A DNA stretch of 64,000 nucleotides. Source: the human T2T-CHM13v2.0 reference genome, Homo sapiens. The notes beneath the pieces were generated by a model. That model was not told the DNA's origin. It searched no databases and saw only the letters and a list, made by a program, of their open reading frames with translations. The stretch spans positions 34,048,001 to 34,112,000 of the forward strand of contig CP068257.2 in the NCBI GenBank assembly GCA_009914755.4, read 5' to 3'. This document shows, piece after piece, positions 1 through 13,535 of the stretch; the first letter of the stretch is position 1, and each line of letters begins with the position of its first letter. The position numbers and the translations under genes are program-made.

Positions 1-1541
1 GCATATTTCTTTTATTTCATCCTTGGATGGTTGCCTTCAATTCCTTTGTTTCATAAGCTTCTATTCTCCCAAAGAGCCACGACAGCATTGATTTCAACCT
101 ATGATTGCCACTGAAATATTAAACCCTATTGATTTGAAACTCAGGATTAGTTGCAAGTTGGATACTCTGCATATTTTGAAGATGGGCAATTTTATTTCTT
201 CTAGTTGAAGAGTAATCACAGCCTCCTGGTATTCTTGTTTTTTGATGTAGAACTTCAAATCTGATTTCTTATTTGGTTCCCTAAAATTGTGAAATGCACT
301 ATGTTCACTAACTAATCACTTTACTCTTTCAAATGAAGCCTTCATACTTCTGAGTGTGCCGGTGTGAAAATACACATTCTCTCCATTATCTATACATTGA
401 ATACTGTCATGATGATTCCTCCACCTCCCCAAACATCAACAAAAATCTTACTGGCTATAAGTAAAGATATCGTATTCTGAGTAGGCATTCAGTAGAATAA
501 CTTTTCTTTTACTAAGCAGAGTTTATCATTAGTTTGATGTCTACTGAAAGCATACCACTACATCTAAGACTCCCATTAGCTTGAAGCTCACCCCAGTACA
601 TGGCTACTACTGAAAATTTTTGTCCTAAAATGCCCTCCAAGAATAGAGCATCGGACTGCTGAAATAAAACTTCTCTGGATAACTCAAGACGGGATCTGCA
701 ATGGGTTGTCTGAAAACCAAGTTCATCTGAAGATGCAAAAGGCTAAAGACGTGGCGATCAATTGTCTCCCAATTCTTAATTCATAGCTGCATTAATCATA
801 AGCCTCTCCAAAATAAAAACAGTTAAACATTTTGAAACAAAAGACATTTCAAAAAATGTATACACTGGCGAACATTTTTACTTAATAGACATATATCTAT
901 AGAATAGCTGTATTCAACTTTAAAAGCTGTTACTCTAGTGTGTACTAAATAGAGCCCAGAAACACAAGGTCCCCTTCCCTCTTGCTTCACCAGAGGTCTC
1001 CCCAAACCCTGACCCACATTCCTTACCCCTCCCTAGTGTTCATCCAGGAGGGAGCCCAGTGGCAGAGCCAGCTGTCCCAGTAGCATAGCGGTAGGATGGA
1101 GTGAGAGTAAGGCCCTGGGGGAAGCCGCAGCCCCGCAATCCTCAGACTGTATTTTCCTCTGTCTCCCACACCACCATTCTATGACCTTCCTCCTCCTTCA
1201 CACCAAGCTTTGGCATTACTTCTAAGATAAGATGTCTAGAAAGTGGAGCTGCAGGGGTCCCTTTTGAAATGTAGGTGAGATGTCCTAAGAACCTATTCCC
1301 AATTTATTCTTTGATCTATCCCTTCCTTTCTCAAGCAGCACTCAAAAAACCAGTCTGACATCTGCAAGCCATGGCAGACAGAGATATAAACCTGTGATCC
1401 TAAGAGTATTCAAGGGAAGTCCTGCTGAACTTAGCCTTTCCCAACAGGCTCACAGATAAAAAATGAGCAGGTGAAGAGCAGACAAGCCCACTCACCGTTG
1501 TCTGTGTAGCTATCAACTTGAGCAAATTAACAAAATATTAA

Positions 1542-1588
1542 ATTAAAAGTAATGGCAAAACCCACAATTACTTTTGCACCAACCTAAT
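1542..1588. mobile_element. MADE1 (Hsmar1-derived MITE) fragment, 3' half only
   Basis: attaaaagtaatggcaaaacccacaattacttttgcaccaacctaa matches the second half of the 80-bp MADE1 palindromic consensus (ttaggttggtgcaaaagtaattgcgg... inverted). The first half is absent. Confidence 0.7.
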
Positions 1589-2789
1589 AACCATTAAATT
1601 AAAGAAAGAACTCGGGACTGTAAGCAGTTCATCAAGGAGTCTTACGACATTGGGTTAGAAACACAAAATGCTTGTATTTCTCTAATTACTTCCCCCCGCC
1701 CTTTGCTCTGTTGAGTCTTCTTTTTATACTCCTTAATAGTGTCCTGGGTGGATTCCGTACCTTTCTAGTTGTTTAAAATGTGAAAGTGATAAGGCAATTA
1801 ATGAAGGGCCATTGCAAACCTTCAGTCTCAATCTTGTTTTCAGTCGTACGCCCTCTGTGTAGACTTGAGTAGGACCTTAAATGCTGAAGGGTGGGGCAGT
1901 GAGGCAAACTCTGCTTCTGCAATGCCCACTGTCTACTCCCGGTTGAGCTCCTCCAGTTGATAGGAAGGGGCCGTGTCTCTATTCACTTATGTGACCTCTG
2001 ATGGCATTCTCTCTCAGATGATTGCTGCAGCTGTACTGGCTGGTTGACTTGCAACTTCTCTGAGGGGCAGCATCTAAGCACTGTCTCTCTTATGGGAACA
2101 AGTTTGAATTCTCCAGCAGGCTCTGAAGGCTCTGTCATCTCCCTTCCCTATCTCCACCTACTGCACAATTCTGTGACATAGGATTCCTGGTTCTGGCTTG
2201 ACCTCTCCAACCCCTTCTCCATAGCTCCCTTTACCAGGTGCAAATCCCATAGCCTTCTACTGCTAGGTTCCCTGTGCCCAGTGAACATCCCGCCTTGTTG
2301 GGTACGAGCAAGATGACTCAAACCCAGCTGTCATTCCAGGGTGTCCACTGACCCACAGGAAACCCAGCCATCCTTGCCATGTGGTTGGTATGTGGGCTTC
2401 CAACCCCTACCCATCCTGCTCCCCGCTCCATTTCCCTCCAATAGGCAAATCAGCAAGTCTATCACCTAAGCCAATGTCCAGCTTGGAAAGGCAAGACTCC
2501 CTTCCTTTCCCCCAAGGGCACCCCCAATTTCTTAGTACTGCTTCCCCAGGTATCATCCCACTTGTCTTCATGGTGAGACTTCATTATAAAGACAGGAAGA
2601 GGTGATGGGTGGTGGCTGGTGGCAGCATTTTTGGTTCCACGAAGTTCTCTGTGGTGCAGATCTTGATGCCCTCTCTAGAATGTGGGCATTCTTGATGGCT
2701 TTTGTTTCAAGTCAAGCCTGTATTTGCTAGTTATGGGACAACCTAAAGAGTCTCACTAAGCTTCTTTGCATTTGTTTCTTAAAGCTTAC

Positions 2790-3190
2790 ATCACAGATAA
2801 TAACAAACAGGGTAGTTAAACAACAGAAGTTTATCCTTTCCAGGTTCTGGAGGCCAGAAGTCTGAAATCAAGCTGTCGGCAGGTCCATGCTCCTTTTGAA
2901 GTCTCCAGGAGATGATCCTTCATTGCCTCTTGCAGCTTCTGGTGACCCCAGATATTCTTTGGTTTGCAGGTGCCACACCCACGCTCTGCCCCCATCCTCA
3001 CATGGCCTCTTCTCTTTGCCTCTGTGTCCTCTCCTTTTCTCATAAGCACACAAGTAACTGAATAGAAGGCCCACCCTAATCCAATACGACCTCATTGTCA
3101 TCCATTACATCTGCATAAACTCTGTTTGTCATTTATTTGGCAATAAAAGTCATGCAGATTATTGGCTCAGAAAGGTGTCCCTAGATTCTT
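2790..3190 (-). mobile_element. MaLR-type LTR fragment (MLT1-like), antisense
   Basis: Contains ...aacaacagaagtttat..ttctggaggccagaagtctgaaatcaag... and ...ggcccaccctaatccaatacgacctcat...acatctgcat. This is the reverse complement of the MLT1-type LTR theme (ccttgatcttggacttc..ccagaactgtgagaaataaat..gtttaagccaccc). Subfamily not determinable by eye. Confidence 0.5.
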
Positions 3191-3699
3191 CAATTACCCT
3201 GGACCCAGGAATACCCAGCACCTCACTCCTCAGGCCCTGACTCTCCACTCCCTCCAGCTACCATGTTGTAGGTGCAGGGACCCTGAAGGCCACCCTGGCT
3301 TTCACAACCAGCTCCTAGCAGGGGGAGGAGAAGCCTTCTCCTGTCTCTGAAAAGAGAAGCTATTTGTTGAGACACAGTGACATTCTCAGTATATTTTCCC
3401 ACAAAGTCAGTGTTCCATTGGTCTTACATCTTCTGGCCCTGTTGGTATTACAGGACATGGCTCAGCTGGGCTTTAGTTAGCTGTCCTGGGATCCTGCCCT
3501 TCTTTCTTTGAGAAAGAATATTCTAATGCCCAAAACTAACTTCTAAATGTGCCTTTTCATAAGGTGGGGATTCCCTCTATTACTACTATTGGGGAAAGAT
3601 TTTTTGTATAATAAAGAAATAAACACAGACATGTCCAACTTGACATATCAAGCCAGAGGAGGTGTATTAAAGGTTGAGGAGCTCATATAGGAAAACTAT

Positions 3700-4995
3700 T
3701 ATTCATCATTTATTCATCATTAAATATAAATTGTCATCAAAAATGTTTTAATATTTTTTATTGTGTATTTTTAAGGTGTACAACAGGATGTTGATATATA
3801 CATATGTAGTGAAATGATTACCACAGGTAGGCAAATTAACGTATCACCTTTCATAGTATATTTATTCATTTTTGTCTTCAGAGCATCTAAAATATATTCT
3901 CTTAGCAATTGTCCAGTATATGATACAATAATTGCCTACAGTCCTCCTGCCGCACATTAGCTCTCTCTCCAGACGTATTCACCCTGCATTAACTACACGT
4001 TTGTACCATTTGATTCACATCTCCCCATTTCCACCGTTCTACTGTTTTTATATATTCAACTTTTTCTTAGATTCGTCATATAAGTGAGGTCGTATGGTAT
4101 TTGTCTTTCTGTACCCAGCTTTTTTCACTGAGCACAATGTCTCCTGGTTCCTTGATGCAGTCACATATGGCAAGATTGCCTTTTTTTATTATTTTAATTT
4201 TTGTGGTTACACAGTAGGTGTATATATTTTATATATTTATGGAGTACATGAGATATTTTGATACAGGCATGCAATGCACAATTAACACATCATGGAAAAT
4301 GGGGTATCCATCCCCTCAAGTATTTATCTTTTGTGTTACAAACAATCCAAGGTTATACTTTCAGTTATTTTTAAATGTACAACTAAATTATTACTGACTA
4401 TAGTCACCCTGTTCTGCTATCAAATACTAGGTCTTATTCACTCTTTCTATTTTCTTTGTACTCGTTAACCATCTCCACATCCCCCTAAAGATTGCCTTAT
4501 TTTTAAAGGCTGAATAATATTCTTCATTCATTCATCCATCAATGGACACTTAGGCTGTTTCCATATTTTGGCTATTGTGAATTACGATGCAATGAACATG
4601 GGAGTGAAGATATCTCTATGAGCTCTTGATTTCATCTCTTTGAGTATATACCCAGGAGAGGAATTGCTGGATCATATGGTAGTTCTATTTTTAATTTTTT
4701 GAGTAATTCCATATTGTTTTCCATAATAGCTGTGCGAATTTACATTTCCACCAAGAGTGTATGAGGGTTCCCTTTTTTCCACGTCCTCATCAACACTTGT
4801 TACCAAGTGTCTTTTTGATAATATCCATCCTGATAGGTGTGAGGTGATATCTCTTCATGATTTTTTGCACTTCCCTGGTGTTGAGCACTTTTTCATCTAT
4901 GTGTTAGCCATTTTTATGTCTTCTTTGAAAAATTTCTAGTCAGGCCCTTTGACCATTTTAAAATCAGATTTTTTTTCTTTGTTATTGAGTTGTAT
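3700..4995 (-). mobile_element. LINE-1 (older L1M/L1P-type) 3' portion, antisense
   Basis: Reverse complement of the L1 ORF2 C-terminus and 3'UTR: ggctgaataatattc..catccatcaatggacacttaggctgtttccatattttggctattgtgaat..gcaatgaacatggg..tatatacccagga..ggaattgctggatcatatggtagttctatttttaattttttgag..tccatattgttttccata..gctgtgc..atttacatttccaccaa..gtgtatgagggttcc. The A/T-rich 3' terminus lies at the low-coordinate end (~3700-3760). Confidence 0.8.
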
Positions 4996-5913
4996 GAGTT
5001 CCTTATATATATTGGAAATACACACAAAAAATTAAAACAGTTTTTACCCATCCCCCAAAATATTGATAAATATTTTTGACACTATATCACCAGCTATTAA
5101 AAGTAATTATTTAAGATAATGCATCATACTCAAGAATTAAAAATGAAAATTGTATTTAGCAGTTTTTTATAGCTTGGAGAAATATTATTGAGGCTGAATT
5201 CCACTGAAATGAGATAATGTCTTACAAGTGACATACATATAATTATTAATAAATATTAATATAGGACACTTTTTAAAATAAATAGACGTAAGTAAATTTT
5301 CAAAAAGCAATCAAAGTAGAAACACAGAACGTGAACTTTCAGGCACAAATAGTACTTTGACATGGTCTCATTCTTTCTGTTGACATTTGGTTGTACATTA
5401 TTCAAAGATGCTACAGAAAGTTGCTAATAACTGGCTGCCAGAGATCAAAAATCTTGTCTAAAGAGACAAAAAATATTCACACACACAAAAAGGTTTTTAA
5501 AATACTCAGGAACTTTTAAAAGACATCTCATCATCAAACTGTAAGGTCCCCAATGACAAGAAGCACATGTGTTTTATTTTCTAATATACACCACTGGACA
5601 CAGTGACTGGCACATAGATGGCCTCAAGACATTGTTCTAGTTGAAAACATTTGGGCACAAATGATAGGCAACTCTTTAACCTGAGCATCTGAATTTGGAC
5701 ATTTATTTTTAAAAAGCTGACAAAGTATATAATCAATATTTCTGATGAGAACTCAGTCCTGCTTTTATATTTTTCATGTAATCGATTTTTTAACTTTTAA
5801 CATTTAATACCTCAAGGCTCACTGATACCTTATACACCTCAGCATCATCATAATACTAGACCAGTGTAAATGCCAGGAGCCTAAATAATCCACTTTTCAA
5901 TTAACTTATTTAG

Positions 5914-6267
<354 letters not shown>

Positions 6268-7897
6268 AGAAATATTTATTCATGATTTGCCTGGCCTGTG
6301 CAGAGAGCTCTTCTGAACTCATGCTTTGCTAGGTCCTTCCTACAGGACAAACCAGACTGGGCAATGGAACACTCATCTTTCCTATCTTCCAGCAGTTGTC
6401 AATCTATTATGGCCAGCGTTCAGTGAGACTCCTATGACATGAAACTTACAGCTTTTTTCACCAGGAATTGACTTTGGTCAATTTCAGCAAAGTGTGGGGT
6501 TTAGTAGAAGGAAACTCACAGAATCAGGAGGGGTCTTCAAAAGCACAAGCCCAGTCCTGGGACCCTAGGAGGAGATGCTGGAACTTTCTCTCAGGCATTG
6601 TGGGATGTTGACTCATCTCTGGCTTGCCTTCTATCACAGTGTGATAAAAGTTTCCATACTCTTGAGAGAATGCGGAAACCATTCTTCAACCTATAGGTAC
6701 CATCAACCTATAGGTACATGTACTTATAGGTACTACAGGGTCACATGTCCACTTACCAGTGAGATAGAGCCCAGGAAAAAAAATCTCTCCCACCTAAGAA
6801 CTCACATTGTCCCTAGAAGAATGTGCTAGGAGACTGAGCCCAAGTCATCTGTCATCAGGGTCAAACAGGTGCTGGTTTAGGGTATACCCATGTGCAAAAT
6901 GGACACCGAGACTAGCAATGATGTTATTACTACTGCTAACATTTATCAAGTGCTTATTATGTACCAGTTGCCCTTCTCATCTTAACGGCTATCTATTAAC
7001 TCCTGTTTTTCACTACGACCTGTGAAGTAATTCTTTTTCAAATGGAAACATCTGAAATGCAGATGTTCCAGAAATATCTCACCTGAGAGACTCTCTCTGA
7101 AGAAGACCTTAAATTGGTTGAGCCTAGGAGACAGACACTGTGGTTAGCAGGGTTCTAAGATGGTTCTCTGCTCCTCTCCCGAGATGCAATGCCTCATATA
7201 ATCCCCTGCCCTTGATGTATGGAGGTCTATGACTCCATTTTGCCAGTATAACTACAGAGATCCCTGCTGGCCTTGCAGGAGCTAACTACCATGCTGCAAC
7301 CTACCCATGGAGAGGGCCGTGTGTCCGGGAATGGTGGGGGCCCCTCAGAGCTGAGGGCCTGAGTCCTACAAATGCAACAACCTGAATTCTTCCAACCACC
7401 AGTGGGCTTGGAAGAGGACCCTGGTCTCAGCTGAGATGGGCACTGCAGCCAACACTTTGATTGCCACCTTTGAGACCCTAAGCAGAGAACCAGGTAAGCC
7501 GGGTCTAGGTCCCAGCACCATGACAACTGTGAGATAATAAATATGTATTGTTTTAAGCCACTAAGTTTGGTCAGTTTGTTATACAGTAAGGGAACCTAGT
7601 GTAGCCACTGTTAAATTAAAATGGAGACTGAGCCTGAAGACTCCCTGAGTAGACAAGCCTTAACTTTCATCGACTGGCAAACATAAGCAAAACTGAATTA
7701 AAGCTATTTCTTGTAAATGCCTATATTAAAGAAAAACAGAACTTAAGCCTAACCAATCAGAAAAAGCTAACAAACTTATAAAAAGAGGGACTTTCTAGCG
7801 GGATAGACCAAATAAGGCAACTGTGTAACTGTAGCCAATCAAATGTTTTCTCTTTGCTTTACTTCTGTGTTCATCTTCAAAAGCCTCCCCCATCCGA

Positions 7898-8216
<319 letters not shown>

Positions 8217-8624
8217 TCATGAACCACCTCTGGTTTGGTTGCTGTTTGCTCTATGAATTGCTGTTTGCTCAATAAGTGCTTTAAAATTTTACTGTGCCTC
8301 AGTTTACTTGCTTAATGACACCAACAGGGACAGGACTTGCACAGAGCATGAACATCCCTGATTGGATGGACAGTTCCTGTGGGGTGGGTCAGAGGAGGGA
8401 AGAACCTACCAAAACAGGACCACCACACACCCTGCCAAACAAGGGGCTTATTTTGCAGCTAACCAAGCCTATGGGGGCAAATCTGATCCGGCTCCCATTG
8501 TGCCAGGAAACCTGATATCTTCTTTAGCCTTTGTATAGACTTAAGAGCACTGGAGAATGCCTCCGAAAAATGCACAGATGGGCAGTATTGTGTACACTTC
8601 AGGCAGATTTCAGGCCCCTGAAAT

Positions 8625-8745
8625 TTCCCCTTGTGTCCTCTGCTTCCATACCCAGGAACCCCCACTCTGGATCATGCTTTCCCAAGGTGGGGCCATATGG
8701 TACCCAAGGAAATGAGAAGCGGTTTTGGGGGGGGAAATAAAAATA
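8625..8745 (+). mobile_element. Tc1/mariner-type MITE fragment (same family as 10838-11075)
   Basis: ...ccaggaacccccactctggatcatgctttcccaaggtggggccatatggtacccaaggaaatgagaagcggtttt is homologous to 10880-10960 of the second copy. Translations of the two copies are similar (PRNPHSGSCFPKVGPYGTQGNEKRF vs PEDTKTRGCSSPKAGPPGTQGYEKPAF). Family name not assigned. Confidence 0.5.
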
Positions 8746-9169
8746 TCTTATTATTTTTATGCATGTAGCACAAATAAACATAGGATACATAAACAGATTT
8801 ACAGTATATCTGTGGTGTTATAATTTCATGGGAGACAAGAAAACAATGTCTTAAAAAGCTTAAAACAGGGAGAAGATAATGAAAAAAGGTGGAGAAACAC
8901 TGGTGTAGACAATAATAGTTCATGGTCAAAACAGAGAGAGGCTTTGAGACACTGATAATACTCTACGTCTTGTCCTGGCTGGTGGTTACATCGATGTGTT
9001 TGCCTTCTGAAAATCCACAAGCACATGCTAAAGATCTGTACGCTTTATGTAAGGCACACTTCATCAAGAGGAACGTTTAGCAACAATTGGAAAAGCAGAA
9101 TCCAATGTTCTGACACTTCTAGCTAAAGACGCTGTCACGCTGGAGTGAAACACACAGACGCCAGGCAGA

Positions 9170-9355
9170 TATCGAGGCTCTATCTCAGTTCCTCCTTTTC
9201 CTCGTGTGCGACCTTGGCTAAATAACACACTTCCAAGCCTCAGCGTTCTCATCGGGAAAATGGGTTTAATAATACAATCTGCCTCAAAGGGTAGTGGTGA
9301 GATTAAATGAGTTTATACATGTAGAGTACTTAGGACAGTGTGTGAAACAGCACAC
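9170..9355 (+). mobile_element. MIR SINE
   Basis: gtgtgcgaccttggctaaataacacacttccaagcctcagcgttctcatcgggaaaatgggtttaataatacaatctgcctcaaagggtagtggtgagattaaatgagtttatacatgtagagtacttaggacagtg aligns to the MIR core (tgtgtgaccttgggcaagtcacttaacctctctgagcctcagtttcctcatctgtaaaatggggataataatagtacctacctcatagggttgttgtgaggattaaatgagttaatacatgtaaagcgcttagaacagtg). Confidence 0.8.
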
Positions 9356-9384
9356 GCTACAGAAGTTCTGCTAGTTCTGCTGTC

Positions 9385-9718
<334 letters not shown>

Positions 9719-10317
9719 ATCCTGGTTTTATTGAAGCTCTTTCTGCTTTGTCCTTTCTCTATCAACTTTAAGTTTCTGAAGAACGGGAAAAACCACCAGC
9801 GGTTATCTTTCCCCAGCCCACAGTGTGGTGCTCTGCAAAAGCTAGATGCTCACAGTGTTGTGGTTGAAGTTGTGGAATCATTTACTTTCTTGTGGCATTT
9901 TGATACAGTTCAGAATTATTGATCTTGGTTTCTGGGAACAATATGGTTACATATTAGATACTTTCAGACCAAATTCTGTTTTCTCCTTTAAAAATAAGGT
10001 AAAGGGTCACAGCTCCCCAGGCTTGACATAGACGAATGACCAACTGCGAGTCAGGAGCCCACGGCTCTCCTTCCATCTCTGCTGGCCACCGGCTGAGGGA
10101 TCTTTAATAAAAAATTATTTCTCCCACACACACAGGCCTGGGTTTTCTCATCTGGACAATGAGACAGCTGGATCAGACAACCTCTAAGGTTCTTCCTGTG
10201 TGGTTATATAGTTAATAATAATCACAACAATAACAGCAGCAGGAACTTGACCTTTAATGTGTGCCGGACAGGAGTCAGAGTGTATTACTCACCCCTTCAG
10301 TCCCCATGATATATGTG

Positions 10318-10420
10318 CTCTCATTATCCCCATTTTACAGGTGGAGAAACTGAGGCAGAGTGCCCCCCCCCCCCCCCGCTGGTAAATGACAGAACCAATA
10401 TCTGGCTCCAGAGCCTGTGT
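10318..10420 (-). mobile_element. MIR fragment (antisense) carrying a C15 homopolymer at 10363-10377
   Basis: ctcattatccccattttacaggtggagaaactgaggcagag is the reverse-strand MIR core motif (tattatccccattttacagatgaggaaactgaggc.cagaga). It is followed by 15 consecutive C. Confidence 0.6.
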
Positions 10421-10837
10421 TCTTAACCATTACCAGGTACTGCCACCTCCAAGTTCATAAAGACATAAAACATAAATTATTCACATACTTCCCCTAGCAA
10501 GCAGTGTATACAGCCAGCACCCTCAGGCCTCTGTGACACTGTCCCTCAATTCACCTTTCAAGAAGCAACTCTGCATCCACTATTTCCTGAAACTTCTCTC
10601 AGTCAGCACCAACAGCCACACCCCCTACTTTTGCATGCATCCCAATCTGGGGCTCTAGGTGATAGTCACAGTGTTTTGTGTTGGTCCCTGTTATTTTATT
10701 GAATTGTCCCATCTCCCCAAGTAAATGACTACCCTTCTGAGGTCAGAGACTATCTTCATATATTGATATCCTCCTTCAGGAGCACATAGTAGAATTCAAT
10801 AAATATTACAACCAGAGCACCACTTGCATTTACATAT

Positions 10838-11075
10838 ACAGTCATCTCTCGGATTCCAAGGGAAATTAGTTCCAGGACACCCTGAGGATACCAAAACCCG
10901 AGGATGCTCAAGTCCTAAAGCTGGCCCCCCTGGAACACAAGGATATGAAAAGCCAGCCTTTTCTATCAGTGGGTTCCACGTCCTGCAAATACAGTATTGT
11001 ACTTTCCACGTGCGGTTGTTTCAATCCATGAATGTGGAATGTAGGGATAAGAAGGGGCACGTGCAGTGCATCCTA
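10838..11075 (+). mobile_element. Tc1/mariner-type MITE, internally deleted copy retaining both termini
   Basis: 5' end cagtcatctctcggattccaagggaaattagttccaggacaccctgaggataccaaaacccgaggatgctcaagtcc and 3' end ..tccacgtgcggttgtttcaatccatgaatgtggaatgtagggataagaagggg resemble the two CpG-decayed terminal regions of a common human DNA-transposon relic (consensus recalled as cagtcgtccctcggtatccgtgggggattggttccagga...gatccgcggttggttgaatccgcggatgcggaa..ggataaggagggccgactg). Family name uncertain. Confidence 0.5.
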
Positions 11076-12822
11076 CTCTGATATAATCTATTGATTTAGC
11101 TGATAGAATGTGGTATGAGGACAAAGAGAAAGCTCGACTCCTGAGTTCATGGTTGTGGGTGGATGGTGGCATGGTGAACCAAGACAGGCCCTAGAGGAGG
11201 AGCGCACTTGGACAGGGAAGACGAGGGTAGGAAGCAGAATGTGTTTATTTCTACAACACAGTGTGAGAACTGAGCACCAGATATGCACCAAGTTGCCACA
11301 GGAACTTCCTGAGGAGCCCTGAACTCTTCACTCCTGGCCTCACAAGAGTGACCCTGGAGGAGCAATGCATCATTGCAACGTCATTTCCATGTTCACCTTT
11401 TTGAATATTAATGACCCTGGCTGCCCTTTGTTCTGCTGGCTGTACCTGTCCCTAGAGGAGGTGGAGGCACAGCAGTTGAACTCAGGGTTTGGGACTGAAA
11501 TTCCATCAGGCCTTTGGATCAATGGAAATCTTCTATGCTATGACAGTGACACAGGCTCATGTCTTCTTTCACTTAATTCCAGAAGCTGGGTGACATGAAG
11601 TCGTGTTCATGAGACAGAATTCCATGTAAGCTCTAACCCCAAACCCTGTGGCTGTGGGGCCAGAAAGCACACGAGCAGAATCGGGGGTCTGTGTTGAATA
11701 GACCACTCACCGCAAGTGGCTGTAGCTACAAGTGCCATGTCCTGATCCCAATGGATTCCCAACCCTGCTGTCTGGGGGAAAAGCTAATTTTAAGATTTAT
11801 ACTAGGAATGCACACAAGAAAAGAGGATTTGATCTTTTTTGGCATATCTGGTTTGCAGCTGTGTGTCTGCACTGGATTGTTAATAATATCAGAAACATAT
11901 CTGAACCACCTAGAGATGTGCCTCTGTTGTCAACACTGTCTGGAAATAGCTGTCAGGCCCACACTAAACAAGGCTCTCAAAGAAGGGAGAGAGGAGAGGT
12001 TAAGTGTCCTAATAGAAGTTATAAAAACCTATCAGTTCAGGAAGAAAGACCAAGCTGCAAAGACAGGGTTGGAAAATGTGCTGTCACTGCTTGAGTAGTG
12101 GCCAAAATACCTGGAAACCTGAGAGAAGCAGGTCAGGGCCAGTGCACAGTCCAAAGTAGTCATGGCAAATATGCATCCAACCCTGCAGCATTTGTTTACC
12201 CGTATCCTGCCTATTGCCTGACTATCATCTACAGCTGGGAGCTCTGTGTGATTAAAGGCCACGTAGTGCAATCCCCGTCTGAGGCTAACACATACCTACA
12301 CTCACACATCAACTGCAGTAGACACAACAAGTGCCCATCCATATTCCTTTGAACCTTCTCTTTTCAGTGCCTCTGGCCCCAGTTCCAAATTCCAGCACCT
12401 GCACCTCTGTCAAAAGGCTTTCTCTGGCCACCAGAGCCTGATCTTCTCATAGATATTGTGGGTTGGAACTGACAGGAAATTAATGCCTCCAGGGCCAAAC
12501 CTTACCCAGTGACTGATGGGAGTTGGTAGGTAAATACACCCTGAGGTGGAAAAAATCTGACATTCATGTTCAACACTGTTTACCAGAGTCCCCTGAGGGA
12601 GTGAGGCTCTAGCTTCCCACAAAAATACTTGCTGAGCTTGAATCCTTGTCTCAAAATCTGTTTCTGGGGAAACCTAAACTTCGATACCTGGATGTATATT
12701 ACACACACATAAACACACACAGTACTCTACTATTCATAGAAAGTTTTAAATTGTACAACACCCTTTACTTATACCATCTTATTTTATATTTACGTCAACT
12801 TTGTTATTGTTTCTATCATTCC

Positions 12823-12910
12823 ATTTTTTAAAATGAGGAAACCATCTCACAGAGGTGAATATAGATCACCAAAAGTCATATAGAAGGCTCAAAGCCACTA
12901 CCTGCTGCTA
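12823..12910 (-). mobile_element. MIR fragment (antisense)
   Basis: ccattttttaaaatgaggaaaccatctcacagaggtgaatatagatcaccaaaagtcatatag resembles ccccattttacagatgaggaaactgaggcacagagaggttaagtgacttgcccaaggtcacacag. Confidence 0.55.
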
Positions 12911-13144
12911 TCAATGCTTTTGGCTTTTCTACTGCATCTATGCTACCCCAGTGGAGGATAAATCAACAAAAGGCCACACTTTCAAAGAGCTCACTTATAG
13001 TCAGAGTGTCTCTTGGTAAAAGCTAAAAGTGCTGGAATGGCAGAGCCATGTAACCCTTGGAGTTACTACTCATCTCCCACAAAGTCTCCCTTATTATCTC
13101 CTGGCACATGCTACAAACAATAGTAGGTGGTGTTCAATAGCTAC

Positions 13145-13535
13145 ATGATAGATAGAAAGATGAATGGATGGATTGATGATGAATGGGTGGTTGGATGGAC
13201 AGATGGATGGATGAACAGATGGATGGATACATGGATGAATGGATGATGAATGAGTGAATAGATGGATAGGGATGGATGGATGGATGAATGAATGGATGGA
13301 TTAATGGATGGGGATAAATGAATGTATGAATGATAAATGGGTGGATGGATGAAATAATAAGTGGATAGATGGATGGATGAGTTAATGGATGGGGATAGAC
13401 GAATGGATGTATGATAAATGGGTGGATGGATGAATGAATGGATGCAAGGAGGAATGGATGGATGGATGGATGGATGGATGGATGGATGGATGGATGGATG
13501 GATGATGAATGGATGGATGACCATATCAGTCCACA
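13145..13535. repeat. (GGAT)n/(ATGG)n-based minisatellite (~390 bp) with GAAT and GGGTG variants; pure (GGAT)14 core at ~13450-13505
   Basis: gatggatggatggatgaatg... repeated throughout, with a pure run ggatggatggatggatggatggatggatggatggatgg. Confidence 0.97.

Noticed and set aside
11691-12098. 135-aa and 120-aa overlapping plus-strand ORFs in unique sequence
   Set aside because: Neither ORF has compositional or homology support. The region also contains a 79-aa antisense ORF of similar quality, which is random-ORF behaviour.
13145-13535. CRISPR-like array (regularly repeated short units)
   Set aside because: The units are 4-5 bp microsatellite repeats without unique spacers, the genome is eukaryotic, and there is no cas context. 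This is a microsatellite, not a CRISPR.
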